A stretch of DNA of 64,000 nt from Candidatus Woesearchaeota archaeon (GCA_018692915.1 JABHLG010000013.1:7993-71992), one strand, 5' to 3'. Shown: positions 1 through 9,155, numbered from the stretch's first letter. Translations and numbers: made by a program. The notes: generated from the letters alone by a model not told the origin.

Positions 1-730
1 TTTCTTCTTCTTTTGATTTGCTTGGTGATTCTAATTTTGCTGCTTTCTTTTCTTCTACAGGTTTATCTTCAGCAACTACATTTTTCAATTCTTTAGGAGT
101 TTCTTTTACTTCTTCTATCTTTACAACAGGTTCAATAATCTTTATTCTATCAGGAATATATGTATCGGGCAACATTATACTAACAATAATTCCAACTGCT
201 CCACTTCGAAGATTTGCTCTTTCAATAGCAACATCTATCTTACTAACTGCAATATCTCCACATTTCTTAAGATATCCACCATAAAATCGCCATGTTTTAG
301 ATCTCTGGCTTGGAATTCCTCTTCCAGATATCTTAATTTCTGCACCCATAGCACCTTCTTTTAAAATATTTCCAAGAGCTCTATAACCCAATGCTTTGAA
401 ACGTCTTGGTCCAAATCTTTCCATATCATCTGAGATTTTCTTTGCAACTGTTGCTGCAACTAAACTTGGTTTTAGAATCTCTCGGACTTCTATCTGAGGA
501 TTTTCTAAACCGAAATATGATTTTAATTCTGATGTTAATTTCTTTATTGTTTCTCCACCACGACCAATAACAATACCAGGTCTTACTGTATCAACAATTA
601 TTTTTTCACCCATTGGTGTTTTCTCGATAGTAATATTACCACAGCCTGCGCTTTTTGTAACTACATCATTAATCCGCTGTCTAATACGTAAGTTCTTAAT
701 TTTGGTTTTTATGAACTCTCTTTCTATCAT
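1..730 (-). CDS. rps3: 30S ribosomal protein uS3 (C-terminus runs off window edge)
   Basis: Own translation from ATG at 730 gives MIEREFIKTKIKNLRIRQRINDVVTKSAGCGNITIEKTPMGEKIIVDTVRPGIVIGRGGETIK..., a KH-domain uS3. ATGA overlap with the rpl22 stop. Absent from the ORF track because there is no stop inside the window. Confidence 0.85.
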   Translation of the reverse strand, partial: MIEREFIKTKIKNLRIRQRINDVVTKSAGCGNITIEKTPMGEKIIVDTVRPGIVIGRGGETIKKLTSELKSYFGLENPQIEVREILKPSLVAATVAKKISDDMERFGPRRFKALGYRALGNILKEGAMGAEIKISGRGIPSQRSKTWRFYGGYLKKCGDIAVSKIDVAIERANLRSGAVGIIVSIMLPDTYIPDRIKIIEPVVKIEEVKETPKELKNVVAEDKPVEEKKAAKLESPSKSKEEE

Positions 731-1179
731 TTTTTAGTTTTCTCCTTAGTTTTTTGTGCTACTAATTCAATACTACAGACTTTTCGTAGTCTTCGTCTTT
801 GTCTTCCATAATGCCATAAGTTTGGCCCTTGTTGTGCTGCTGCGTGAATTATTGAAAGAGTTTCTTCATCTAATCCCTTATCTTTAGCATTTGCTTTGAT
901 TAAATTTAATAACATAATAGTGTGCTCACTGACTTTCTTTGGATATCGTCCAATGGACATTTTTCCTTTTCTATGTGGAACATCTCGCTTATATTTTAGG
1001 AATGGAACAGCGATTTTAGCATCTCTTACTTGTTCTAATAATGTAATTGCTTGGTTAACTTTTCTTCCCTTAATAAATTTCATAACCTCTGAAGTTGTTT
1101 TTAATGAAATTGGAAGATGTTTTCCACTAACTCTAACCATGCTCTTACTATCATATTCTTGGAAGCTATATTTTGCCAT
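727..1179 (-). CDS. rpl22: 50S ribosomal protein uL22
   Basis: 150-aa ORF lying between rps19 and rps3 in the canonical archaeal operon order, with uL22-like sequence. Confidence 0.85.
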   Translation of the reverse strand: MAKYSFQEYDSKSMVRVSGKHLPISLKTTSEVMKFIKGRKVNQAITLLEQVRDAKIAVPFLKYKRDVPHRKGKMSIGRYPKKVSEHTIMLLNLIKANAKDKGLDEETLSIIHAAAQQGPNLWHYGRQRRRLRKVCSIELVAQKTKEKTKK

Positions 1180-1186
1180 TTTAATT

Positions 1187-1579
1187 TTATTTTACACTTG
1201 CGTGTTTTGTTCCCTTAGTTGCACCAACTCCTGGTGCTTTGTGTGAAACTTCTTTTCGTGTTAACACAAATTCTCCTAAATATCTACCTAACATTTCAAC
1301 ATTTATTTCAACTGGATTGAATTTTTGTCCAGAGTAAATATGGAATGTGTGACCTACCATTTCAGGTAATACTATCATATCTCTACAATGTGTTTTTATT
1401 GGTTTGCTTCTACCTTTTTCTGCAGATTTAACTTGTTCAAGAAGTTTCTTTTGTTGGTCATTTAAACCTCTTTTTAGCACTCTACGTGCACGAGCTTTTA
1501 GATGATTAGCTAACTGAGAGTATCCCATATCTTTTAATTCTTCTAATTTTTTTCCACGATATAATATTTCTTTTATCAT
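1187..1579 (-). CDS. rps19: 30S ribosomal protein uS19
   Basis: THCRDMIVLPEMVGHTFHIYSGQKF...GEFVLTRK uS19 signature. Start moved to ATG 1579 (MIKEILYRGKK), which matches archaeal N-termini. The track ORF extends to 1612. Confidence 0.85.
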   Translation of the reverse strand: MIKEILYRGKKLEELKDMGYSQLANHLKARARRVLKRGLNDQQKKLLEQVKSAEKGRSKPIKTHCRDMIVLPEMVGHTFHIYSGQKFNPVEINVEMLGRYLGEFVLTRKEVSHKAPGVGATKGTKHASVK

Positions 1580-1688
1580 AGCCTTTTTCCAAAAAGGTTG
1601 GCGAAAAAACATTGCTTCTCGTAGTGCTAACGCACTCTAAGCAATTGCTTCGCAAATCTTATTGGTTTCCTCCTTGTTTTTTCATCTT

Positions 1689-2399
1689 TTATTTCTTCTT
1701 CCTACCCATTCTTCTAGCACCTATAGATCCAGATTTTCTACCTGCTGGAGCTCCTCGCTTAATAGCAGTAGGTCTTCCTAGGTTTCTTCGGTGTGTTCCA
1801 CCGTGAGGATGATTACATGCATTCATTGCAACTCCCTTTACTATTGGGAATAATTTGTTTCTTGCTTTTCTAGCATGAAATTTGTTACCTGCTTTAATCA
1901 TTGGTCTTGCTTTTCTTCCTGAGCCCGCAACTACACCGACAGTTGCTAAGCAATTTGCATTTAGTTCTTTTTTTGATTTTGAAGGTAACTTAATTGTTAC
2001 TTTTTTACTGCCGACAGTAACTACTTGAGCTGAAGCGCCACAAGCACGTAAGAATTTGCCTCGGTCTCCAGGATTTGATTCAATATTACAAACGATAGTT
2101 CCTGGAACTGCATCTTTAAGTCTAATAACATTACCAATTTGAACATCTTTTGATCCAAAGCTTATTCTTTGTCCAACACGAATACTAAATGGTGCTGGAA
2201 TAAGACACATTTGTTGATTATCTAATTCAACAATCATTAATGGTGCAGAGTGACCTATTGAATTAACAATATCTACAACTTCACCATATGTTTGCTCTTT
2301 AACTTCAGGATAAGCTAATTTTCCAAAGAATCAATGACTAGGAGATGCGTAACTAGGTCCGCCCTTTCCTCTTTTCTGAATTATTGTTCTTTTTGCCAT
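1689..2399 (-). CDS. rpl2: 50S ribosomal protein uL2, interrupted by one in-frame TGA (2331-2333)
   Basis: The track ORF 1689-2237 is the C-terminal 182 aa (..NACNHPHGGTHRRNLGRP..). Upstream and in the same frame is ATG 2399 MAKRTIIQKRGKGGPSYASPSH-TGA-FFGKLAYPEVKEQTYGEVVDIVNSIGHSAPL, which joins MIVELDN. Confidence 0.8.
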
Positions 2400-2405
2400 T
2401 TTTCT

Positions 2406-2675
2406 TTATACTAATCCTAATTTTGCGTTAACATCTACTGCGCTTGTTTCTGGTGATAACTTAATAAAGGCTTTCTTAAAGCCCTTTTGTGTAATTTGTG
2501 TTTGAATATCAATAACCTTAGCTTCAAATTCTTTTTGTATTGCCCATTTAATTTGAGGTTTTGTTGCATTTCTTGCAACTTTAAATATAAGAGTATTATT
2601 TGACTCCATCTCCCGAACAGCTTGCTCAGTAGATATTGGTCCTACTAATATGTGACTTATATCATTTCCTTTCAT
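2406..2675 (-). CDS. rpl23: 50S ribosomal protein uL23
   Basis: 89-aa ORF with uL23-like sequence, positioned upstream of rpl2. Confidence 0.8.
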   Translation of the reverse strand: MKGNDISHILVGPISTEQAVREMESNNTLIFKVARNATKPQIKWAIQKEFEAKVIDIQTQITQKGFKKAFIKLSPETSAVDVNAKLGLV

Positions 2676-2935
2676 CTAGCTGCCCCCTTTAAATATGGAC
2701 ATAATATACTAGTCATTGCAGTAACTTGTGCAGCATGTAATGGTGATATTTCTTTACCTACTGTGTGAAATACAATTCCTTCAAGCATATTTCTATCAAA
2801 AGTAATACCTAATTCTTCTGCTTTAGATTGTAAACCATAAACAAATGAGGGTAATGATTCTGCAGTCTCAATAGTACTAGTAAAATAATCAACCATTTTT
2901 CTCATATTACTATCTTGAACATCTCTTTTTATCAT
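2672..2935 (-). CDS. hypothetical 87-aa protein inserted between rpl4 and rpl23
   Basis: ORF with ATGA start/stop overlaps on both sides (rpl4 stop 2932-2934, rpl23 start 2673-2675). No family recognised. Confidence 0.5.
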   Translation of the reverse strand: MIKRDVQDSNMRKMVDYFTSTIETAESLPSFVYGLQSKAEELGITFDRNMLEGIVFHTVGKEISPLHAAQVTAMTSILCPYLKGAAR

Positions 2936-3696
2936 ATGTATAATTTCTCCTTAGCTAATATTTCAATTGCGTCTTTTGTCCAGAAGCTATTTCTTCTAGA
3001 TTTAAATCCTGGGCAAAGCATTTCTGCATTAAGCTTTTTAACATTAATTATATCAACACCTGCAATGTTTTTTGCAGCTTTAACTGCAGCTGTTTCTTTT
3101 GAAACAACAAATAAAGGTCCTCGTCTTCGAACATATTTTCTTCCTCTTCGAGTTCCTTTTCCTGCTCTTATTTTCTTGTCTTTTGATTTTTCAATTTCCT
3201 CTTTTAAGCCAAGACTTTCTAGTACTTTCTGAACTTCTTTTGTCTTTTTTAAGTCCATAAATTTATCATCAATAATTTTCAAAGTTTCAACATTTGCAGC
3301 CATAGCTGATCTAATTGCTTTTCTGTTTTCCTTTTTGTTAATATTTTCAATTAAAACCTTTTCAGATTTTGGTGGGAATGCTTTTCGTCCACTTATTGCG
3401 TTTGCAACAAATGCTCCAATAAATCCAAACTGCATTCCTCTGGAAAAAGAATATTTTCGCTTAATTCGTGATACTCCCTTACCATATGTTGTTTTATATT
3501 TTTGTCTTCGCTTTGTAGTTGCTGCTCCTTGCTTTGTTCCTGCATTTGGGTCTGAGCCATAAGCTTGTCTTTTCTTAGTTTGAATTGAAAAAACTGCTCT
3601 CTTAATTAAATCAAATCTAACTGGTTCTGAAAACTGAGTAGGTAAATCTACTTGTCCTTTTTTCTCTCCAGTTATTAAATATAATTCTGCTTTCAT
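2932..3696 (-). CDS. rpl4: 50S ribosomal protein uL4
   Basis: 254-aa ORF with uL4-like sequence and operon position. Confidence 0.85.
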   Translation of the reverse strand: MKAELYLITGEKKGQVDLPTQFSEPVRFDLIKRAVFSIQTKKRQAYGSDPNAGTKQGAATTKRRQKYKTTYGKGVSRIKRKYSFSRGMQFGFIGAFVANAISGRKAFPPKSEKVLIENINKKENRKAIRSAMAANVETLKIIDDKFMDLKKTKEVQKVLESLGLKEEIEKSKDKKIRAGKGTRRGRKYVRRRGPLFVVSKETAAVKAAKNIAGVDIINVKKLNAEMLCPGFKSRRNSFWTKDAIEILAKEKLYI

Positions 3697-4700
3697 TATC
3701 CTTGTTGGCTCCTTAAACTAATTAATTGTAATTCTGGTGCTTGTGGTATTTGTTTTGCTTTTGTTCGAATTGTAGGTGTTATTCTAATAAGTCTCTTTTT
3801 TGGTCCTGGAATTGAACCTGCAAATAAAAGATAATCTGATTTAACAAGTCCATAATTTACAATTCCACCGTTTGGATTAATTTCTTGGTCCTTTGGATTT
3901 GAAATAAGTAAAACTTGTTTATTATATTCAGTTCTTGTGTGGAAACCCATTTGACCTGGGTGTGGAACTGTGTGTGTTTTTGCGCCTGTAAAAGGTCCTA
4001 GTGTTCCGATTCTTCGGACACCTTTTTCAGATTTATGGAACTTCTTTCGAACGCCAAATCGCTTAATTACACCCTGGTAACCTTTACCAGTTGTAACTGC
4101 ATGAACATCATAATAAACTCCAGATGTAAGAATTTCTGAAACTTTAATTTCTTTTCCTAATAGTGCTTTAGCATAATCAAATTTTGCTTTAACATCTTCT
4201 CCACCAATAGCAATTTCAAATAATTCAGGTCTTTTCTTACCAAAACCTGCTTGCCGTGGTTGAGTTTGAACTAAAATTTTAATATCTACTGCTTGTTCTA
4301 ATTTTTCTTCTGCTTCTTTAATTTTTTGTTGTTCTGTTTTTTTCTTAGGTAAAGTTATTTTTCGTTTAAGGTCCATATCAAAATTGTCAGAGAAAACATC
4401 GAGAAAAGCAGAAAGAGAAGAAAGAGATTTTTTGTAAAGTCGAAGGCCAATTGCCTTCACAGGTGGGCATTCAATAATTGTCGCAGGCACACAAAGTTCT
4501 TCTCCCTTTGTTGGAGAAGTTGGATGGGTATCAACATAAAAAACTTGGGTCATGCCGGCCTTATATCCTGAAAAACCCGCTAACTTGACTTCATTAAACT
4601 TTGGTTGAGAACGAACTCTAGCGTAGATTCGGCTAGCTTTCTTTCTATGCCAAAACTGTAAACTTCCTCTTCTTGGTCGTTTTCGCTTAATGTGTCCCAT
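3696..4700 (-). CDS. rpl3: 50S ribosomal protein uL3
   Basis: 334-aa ORF starting MGHIKRKRPRRGSLQFWHRKKA, containing ..FTGAKTHTVPHPGQMGFHTRTE. It is the first gene of the operon. Confidence 0.9.
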   Translation of the reverse strand: MGHIKRKRPRRGSLQFWHRKKASRIYARVRSQPKFNEVKLAGFSGYKAGMTQVFYVDTHPTSPTKGEELCVPATIIECPPVKAIGLRLYKKSLSSLSAFLDVFSDNFDMDLKRKITLPKKKTEQQKIKEAEEKLEQAVDIKILVQTQPRQAGFGKKRPELFEIAIGGEDVKAKFDYAKALLGKEIKVSEILTSGVYYDVHAVTTGKGYQGVIKRFGVRKKFHKSEKGVRRIGTLGPFTGAKTHTVPHPGQMGFHTRTEYNKQVLLISNPKDQEINPNGGIVNYGLVKSDYLLFAGSIPGPKKRLIRITPTIRTKAKQIPQAPELQLISLRSQQG

Positions 4701-4853
4701 ATTTCACCTTTATCTTCAACTTAAGTTGATGCCTTTTTAAGGCTTGTGTTCATTAATTTTCGTCAAAAGAGTCTACACTCTTAGCGACAGAATTCTAAGA
4801 TTGCAAGGGGTAATTAAAACTAAAATGAATTATTTAAAAAGGTTCCTCTAATA

Positions 4854-5240
4854 TCAGAATTCTGCTAGCGCATTAGCACGTTCTCTACGTTTGTATTCAA
4901 CAGGATGGAAGTCCTGATCCCAAGGATTAAAAAATCCACCTCTACCAATTACATTAGATGGAATTGTATATGTCCCTGGTCGTGAGGTTGAAGATTTTGA
5001 AGTGTCTTTTTGAGAGTGCTCTTTTATTTTTTTGTTTAATGATTCAGAAGTGTTATTTGTAATAGGTTTATTTAGAAAACGTCTTGAAGCGTCATTCATA
5101 GGTTTTTCACGATTTACGTCACAAAAAGCGCGCATTTCCTCTGCAGAACAAACTTCATCTATCTCAGCAGGGTGCTCTTTCCAAATTCGTGGTTTATATT
5201 CTGGATTAAATCCATTACCCATTTCATCTAAAAGTGACAA
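4854..5240 (-). CDS. hypothetical protein
   Basis: 128-aa ORF. The track start is TTG. An ATG (MGNGF) lies at 5222. No family recognised. Confidence 0.35.
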   Translation of the reverse strand: MSLLDEMGNGFNPEYKPRIWKEHPAEIDEVCSAEEMRAFCDVNREKPMNDASRRFLNKPITNNTSESLNKKIKEHSQKDTSKSSTSRPGTYTIPSNVIGRGGFFNPWDQDFHPVEYKRRERANALAEF

Positions 5241-5262
5241 TTTTCACTTAAAAGTGTTTCGG

Positions 5263-5573
5263 TTAGCCTTTGACTACGACTAGCGGTTTTAGTTTAGCAA
5301 CCTTTTTCGCAAGTCCGGTTTTATGAAGAACACCAATCAGCTTTTGACGTGCAAAAGCTGGCAAAACACTTTCCTGCGCATTGCTTGGAAAATTAACCTT
5401 TTACAACCACTATTGGCTTCAACTGAGCTTTTTCTTACAGAAAAAGTTCGCAAAAAGAACGTTGTTTTTCCAAAACAACTGCTTCGCAAATGCAATTTAT
5501 CCTTTTACAACTACAAGAGGTTTCAATTTAGCAACCTTTTTCGCAAGTCCGGTTTTATGAAGAACATCAATAA
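5263..5573. repeat. Nested terminus-duplication locus at the rtcB 3' end
   Basis: On the plus strand the order is displaced copy 3 (5263-5339, encodes VLHKTGLAKKVAKLKPLVVVKG*) and a B-type hairpin element (5340-5392). Then come displaced copy 2 (5393-5422, LKPIVVVKG*), an A-type element (5423-5496) and the functional rtcB end (5497-5573). Confidence 0.85.
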
Positions 5574-6969
5574 CAATATCAACATCTTTGTATGCGCCAG
5601 GTGCTTCTTCTGCTAATCCTCTCCAATCATGTCCTTTTACTAAAATTCCTTGTTTTTCAAGTGAATCTTTAACAGATTGTCCTTTCCATTGTCGGTTTGC
5701 TTGATGGCGGCTCATTACTCTACCTGCGCCATGTGCTGCTGAGCCAAATGCTTTTTCCATGCTTGTTTTTGTTCCATGAAGAATATATGAACTAGTTCCC
5801 ATTGTTCCGCCAATCAAAACTGGCTGACCAATCTTTCGATACTTTTTTGGAACTTCTTTTAAGCCAGGGCCAAATGCTCGAGTTGCACCTTTTCTGTGTA
5901 CAATAAGCTCTTTTTCCTTGCCATTAACCATATGATTTTCTAGCTTACTATTATTGTGACCAATATCATAAAGTAAAGGTATATCTTTTTCTTTAAGTCC
6001 AAAAACCTTTGAAAATGCTTGTCTTCCAAGGTGACCAATTACTTGTCTGTTTGCAAAAGCTGCGTTAATTCCACAATTGACTGCTGAAAAATATTGTTGA
6101 CCTTCTTTACTTTTGAATGGTGCGCAAACAAGCTCTTTATCTGGCAATTTTATCTTGTATTTTCTAGCTGCTTCAGCTAAAAATGTAGTATAATCTGTTC
6201 CAATTTGATGGCCTAGAGCTCTAGAACCACAATGTAATGAAAATACAACTTGATCTTTTTCTAAGCCAAATGCTTTTGCTGCTTCTTTATCATATATTTT
6301 TTCAACATACTGAACTTCAAAATAATGATTTCCTGATCCCAGAGTTCCAACTTGTTTAAATTGTCTTTTCTTTGCTAGATCTGAGACAAACTTTGGATTT
6401 GCTCCTTTTATTCTTCCATTATTTTCAATATATTCTAAATCTTCTTTTAATCCATAGCCGCGCTCAACTGCAAATTCTGCTCCTTTAATAAGCACTTCGT
6501 CAATTTCTTCTTGATTTAGATGGATCTTTCCTTTGCTTCCCAAGCCTGCAGGAACAATCTGATATAATGCATCTAGAATTTCCTTTTGTTTCTTTACAAC
6601 ATCTTTCTTCTTAAGCGGAGTTGTATGCGTTCTAACTCCACAATTAATATCATAACCCACTCCTGCAAGTGCAATTACACCTGTTTTTGCGTCAAACGCC
6701 GCTACACCTCCAATACATACGCCGTAGCCAGGGTGCACATCACTCATTGCGTAACTCGATTCTTGAATTCCCGGTAAACTTGCGACATTTCTAATCTGTG
6801 GAAGTGCGGACCAAATTTTACCATCTTTAACATCCTTAACTAAATGTTGAATTATTTCTTTTGTACCAAAAATAAGTCCTGGCACATTCATTGCGCCTTT
6901 CTTCTTTAATGTCCATTCTAGTGGTGTTTCTTCCATTAATTCAAAATCGTCTATCTTGATTTTTCTCAT
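5497..6969 (-). CDS. rtcB: RNA-splicing ligase RtcB
   Basis: 490-aa contiguous RtcB (..SDVHPGYGVCIGGV.., GSGNHYFEVQ, ..HGAGR..). The ATG at 6969 is preferred over the GTG at 6978. Confidence 0.9.
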   Translation of the reverse strand: MRKIKIDDFELMEETPLEWTLKKKGAMNVPGLIFGTKEIIQHLVKDVKDGKIWSALPQIRNVASLPGIQESSYAMSDVHPGYGVCIGGVAAFDAKTGVIALAGVGYDINCGVRTHTTPLKKKDVVKKQKEILDALYQIVPAGLGSKGKIHLNQEEIDEVLIKGAEFAVERGYGLKEDLEYIENNGRIKGANPKFVSDLAKKRQFKQVGTLGSGNHYFEVQYVEKIYDKEAAKAFGLEKDQVVFSLHCGSRALGHQIGTDYTTFLAEAARKYKIKLPDKELVCAPFKSKEGQQYFSAVNCGINAAFANRQVIGHLGRQAFSKVFGLKEKDIPLLYDIGHNNSKLENHMVNGKEKELIVHRKGATRAFGPGLKEVPKKYRKIGQPVLIGGTMGTSSYILHGTKTSMEKAFGSAAHGAGRVMSRHQANRQWKGQSVKDSLEKQGILVKGHDWRGLAEEAPGAYKDVDIVIDVLHKTGLAKKVAKLKPLVVVKG

Positions 6970-6979
6970 GTTATTCACC

Positions 6980-7861
6980 CTATTTTTTGCTTTTAACCTT
7001 TTTGATTTGTTCTTCGGAGATTAAATCATTTGATAGCCACTTATCAAGGTTTTCTCGTCCATAGCTTGATAATTCATAATATATTCTTCCTTGTCCATTT
7101 ACTGCTTTTCTTATTTTGCTCTCGATTCCGAAGGTCTCTAACTCTTGCTTAACTCGGTCTAGATTTTCTTTTAGAATAGACATTAATCTAACGGTATATG
7201 GTTTCCGAGTTCGTGCTTTTTCTTTAATAATTTTATTACTGCCTTTTGAGAAATCCCAATTGTAATTAACATATGTCTCAATTGATTCTCTTAATCGTTT
7301 TTTCTTAAATGGATGAAGAAATCCGATTTCTTCTTCAAACTTAATTAGCTGATCTTTTCCATAAATACAAAGTGTAGCTGTGTCGCGATTACTTCTAGGT
7401 CTAATTGATGTACTAATATCAAAATGTTCTTTAAGCAAATTTGCTACTTGTTGCAATCCTTTATGATTTACACTGTCTGTACCGATTGCACGATTCTTTG
7501 CTTTTCTCACCCAAACCCAGCCTTCGCAATCAAAGAATGCTCTCAGCCAACGCGCAGCTTGCTCCTTATTCATATATTTCATAACATTCCAGTCTCTTGA
7601 ATGAAATGATCCATAATTATTTACAATATTAAAGTAAATATATTTAGAACCAACTGAACATCGATCCATATCTTTATTCATGTATGGAGTTATACCAAAC
7701 ACTTTCTCGAATTTCTCTTGAAAATCTAACAATAATTTCTTATTTGTATTTCTCAGACCAATATAGTAATACTTCTGTTTCTGTGTTTCATGATTACGAA
7801 TTACATATCCATCTGCACATAAATACGCATGCACTGCTGCAAAATCAGAACTATTCTCCAT
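6980..7861 (-). CDS. free-standing double-motif LAGLIDADG endonuclease-like protein
   Basis: Two LAGLIDADG-type motifs (AVHAYLCADGYV and RWLRAFFDCEGWV) followed by a C-terminal extension of about 100 aa. The stop lies 10 nt before the rtcB ATG. Confidence 0.7.
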   Translation of the reverse strand: MENSSDFAAVHAYLCADGYVIRNHETQKQKYYYIGLRNTNKKLLLDFQEKFEKVFGITPYMNKDMDRCSVGSKYIYFNIVNNYGSFHSRDWNVMKYMNKEQAARWLRAFFDCEGWVWVRKAKNRAIGTDSVNHKGLQQVANLLKEHFDISTSIRPRSNRDTATLCIYGKDQLIKFEEEIGFLHPFKKKRLRESIETYVNYNWDFSKGSNKIIKEKARTRKPYTVRLMSILKENLDRVKQELETFGIESKIRKAVNGQGRIYYELSSYGRENLDKWLSNDLISEEQIKKVKSKK

Positions 7862-7923
7862 TAAATAGCTAACATTCAGAACATAAAACTCTTGCGTTCT
7901 CCAGGATGTCTATCTGGCACAAT

Positions 7924-8391
7924 TTACAATTCTAACTCTAAAACTGTATCATATTCTTTAAAGTTATTCTTTTTGTAAAAATTAATTGCTAATTTGTTTT
8001 GATATGAAGCAGTTACTGTTGCTCTTTCTACTTTCTTTTTCTTGCACCATTTAATAAATTCGTTAATTAATTTCGTGCCAATGCCTTTATTTCTATATTC
8101 AGGTAAAACAATCATATTATCCATTTCTGCTAATTTACTAACAGCTCTATAAAACTCTGGCTTTGAAATACTACCTGCAAGATATCCAATAATCTTATCA
8201 CTATCAATAGCAACAATAGCAAAGCAATCGTCTTTTGTGATGCAATCTTTGAAATATTTATCTCCTTTTTTTGAAAAAGTCCAATCCATATTCAAGGTTT
8301 TATCATAATCTTTGTATTCCTTTTCAAATAATTTTAAATTAAGTTCTTTAATTACTTGCAAATCTGTTAATTTTGCTTCACGTATTTTCAT
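7924..8391 (-). CDS. GNAT family N-acetyltransferase
   Basis: VLPEYRNKGIGTKLINEFIKW acetyl-CoA binding motif. Confidence 0.7.
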   Translation of the reverse strand: MKIREAKLTDLQVIKELNLKLFEKEYKDYDKTLNMDWTFSKKGDKYFKDCITKDDCFAIVAIDSDKIIGYLAGSISKPEFYRAVSKLAEMDNMIVLPEYRNKGIGTKLINEFIKWCKKKKVERATVTASYQNKLAINFYKKNNFKEYDTVLELEL

Positions 8392-8723
8392 TCAACATAA
8401 ACTCTCTTTTTTCTATCAAATGGGGGGGTTGAAATTGCTAATAAAGTTAGCCCTTTCAGGTGTTTATAGTTTGTTACTTTTGGATAAAACACACAATCTC
8501 CTTTTTTAAGATGATGCTTTTTGCCTTCAATTACACAATCACCTTCACCATCTACTACATAATAAATACAATCACTCTCGGTATCATGTCCTAATTTTAT
8601 GTTATTACCAACTTTTCGAACTTTAGCTAAATTCAGAATATTTGTAGATATAATTGGTGTAGTCTTAGTATCTCCATGATCATTTTCCTTCAAATCCTTT
8701 GCACGAATTATCTGTTGTTTCAT
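8388..8723 (-). CDS. cupin domain protein
   Basis: GHDTESDCIYYVVDGEG...KKGDCVFYP two-motif cupin pattern. Confidence 0.55.
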   Translation of the reverse strand: MKQQIIRAKDLKENDHGDTKTTPIISTNILNLAKVRKVGNNIKLGHDTESDCIYYVVDGEGDCVIEGKKHHLKKGDCVFYPKVTNYKHLKGLTLLAISTPPFDRKKRVYVE

Positions 8724-8771
8724 AATATATACAAAACATTATTGTTTTAAATAGTATTTATTGTTTTAATT

Positions 8772-9155
8772 ATGAGTAACAGTGAAATACTTCAAAGAAT
8801 TGATGATACGAAGAAATATAGTCCTGTAGGACATAATTGTTGCACTTTTGCTTCTTTTGTTCTAGGAATAACTTCAGTTGAACTTTCATATAATAACACT
8901 ACGATTAAGCCAATTTCACACTATATGAAACAAGTATCAACTTTATGTAAAGCAGATCTAATTATTTATAAAAAAAATACGTTACTTGAACATCACATGG
9001 TAGTTCTTCCTGAAAATCCAGATTACTTTGTTCATAAAGCGGGTGATGATGAAATTATAAGTTATATTGATTTAGAAATTTTCCTGAACATGATAAAAGA
9101 TCATGATGGGTGTAAACCTGAATGGGGCGATCTTACTTTTTGGTCTATTAAATAA
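8772..9155 (+). CDS. hypothetical protein (possible Cys/His hydrolase fold)
   Basis: 127-aa ORF. A GHNCCTFASFVLG plus HHMVV pattern is the only hint. Confidence 0.3.
   Translation: MSNSEILQRIDDTKKYSPVGHNCCTFASFVLGITSVELSYNNTTIKPISHYMKQVSTLCKADLIIYKKNTLLEHHMVVLPENPDYFVHKAGDDEIISYIDLEIFLNMIKDHDGCKPEWGDLTFWSIK

Noticed and set aside
18-1246. Plus-strand ORFs (18-284, 896-1246) and the many similar 60-140-aa ORFs throughout the track that lie antisense to recognisable genes
   Set aside because: They sit entirely inside well-supported genes on the other strand, have low-complexity or hydrophobic translations, and have no family resemblance. They are typical shadow ORFs of AT-rich DNA.
2331-2333. 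Genome-wide reassignment of TGA (code 4 or 25-like)
   Set aside because: rpl22, rpl4, the 87-aa ORF, pcc1-like, pfdB and DUF58 all terminate at TGA, with expected C-termini and/or ATGA overlaps to the next gene.
4701-4853. Possible duplicated terminus (..AILEF vs ..ALAEF*) upstream of rpl3
   Set aside because: The match is only about 10 nt around gaattctg, and the intervening sequence shows none of the family motifs. This is too weak to count as a locus.
5323-5616. 97-aa plus-strand ORF across the rtcB 3' region
   Set aside because: It is built from the nested elements and duplicated rtcB ends read on the wrong strand. It is not a gene.
5497-7861. RtcB intein containing the LAGLIDADG domain
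   Set aside because: RtcB is a contiguous protein of about 490 aa with normal length. The LAGLIDADG protein is a separate upstream ORF with its own start and stop and no Hint-domain motifs.
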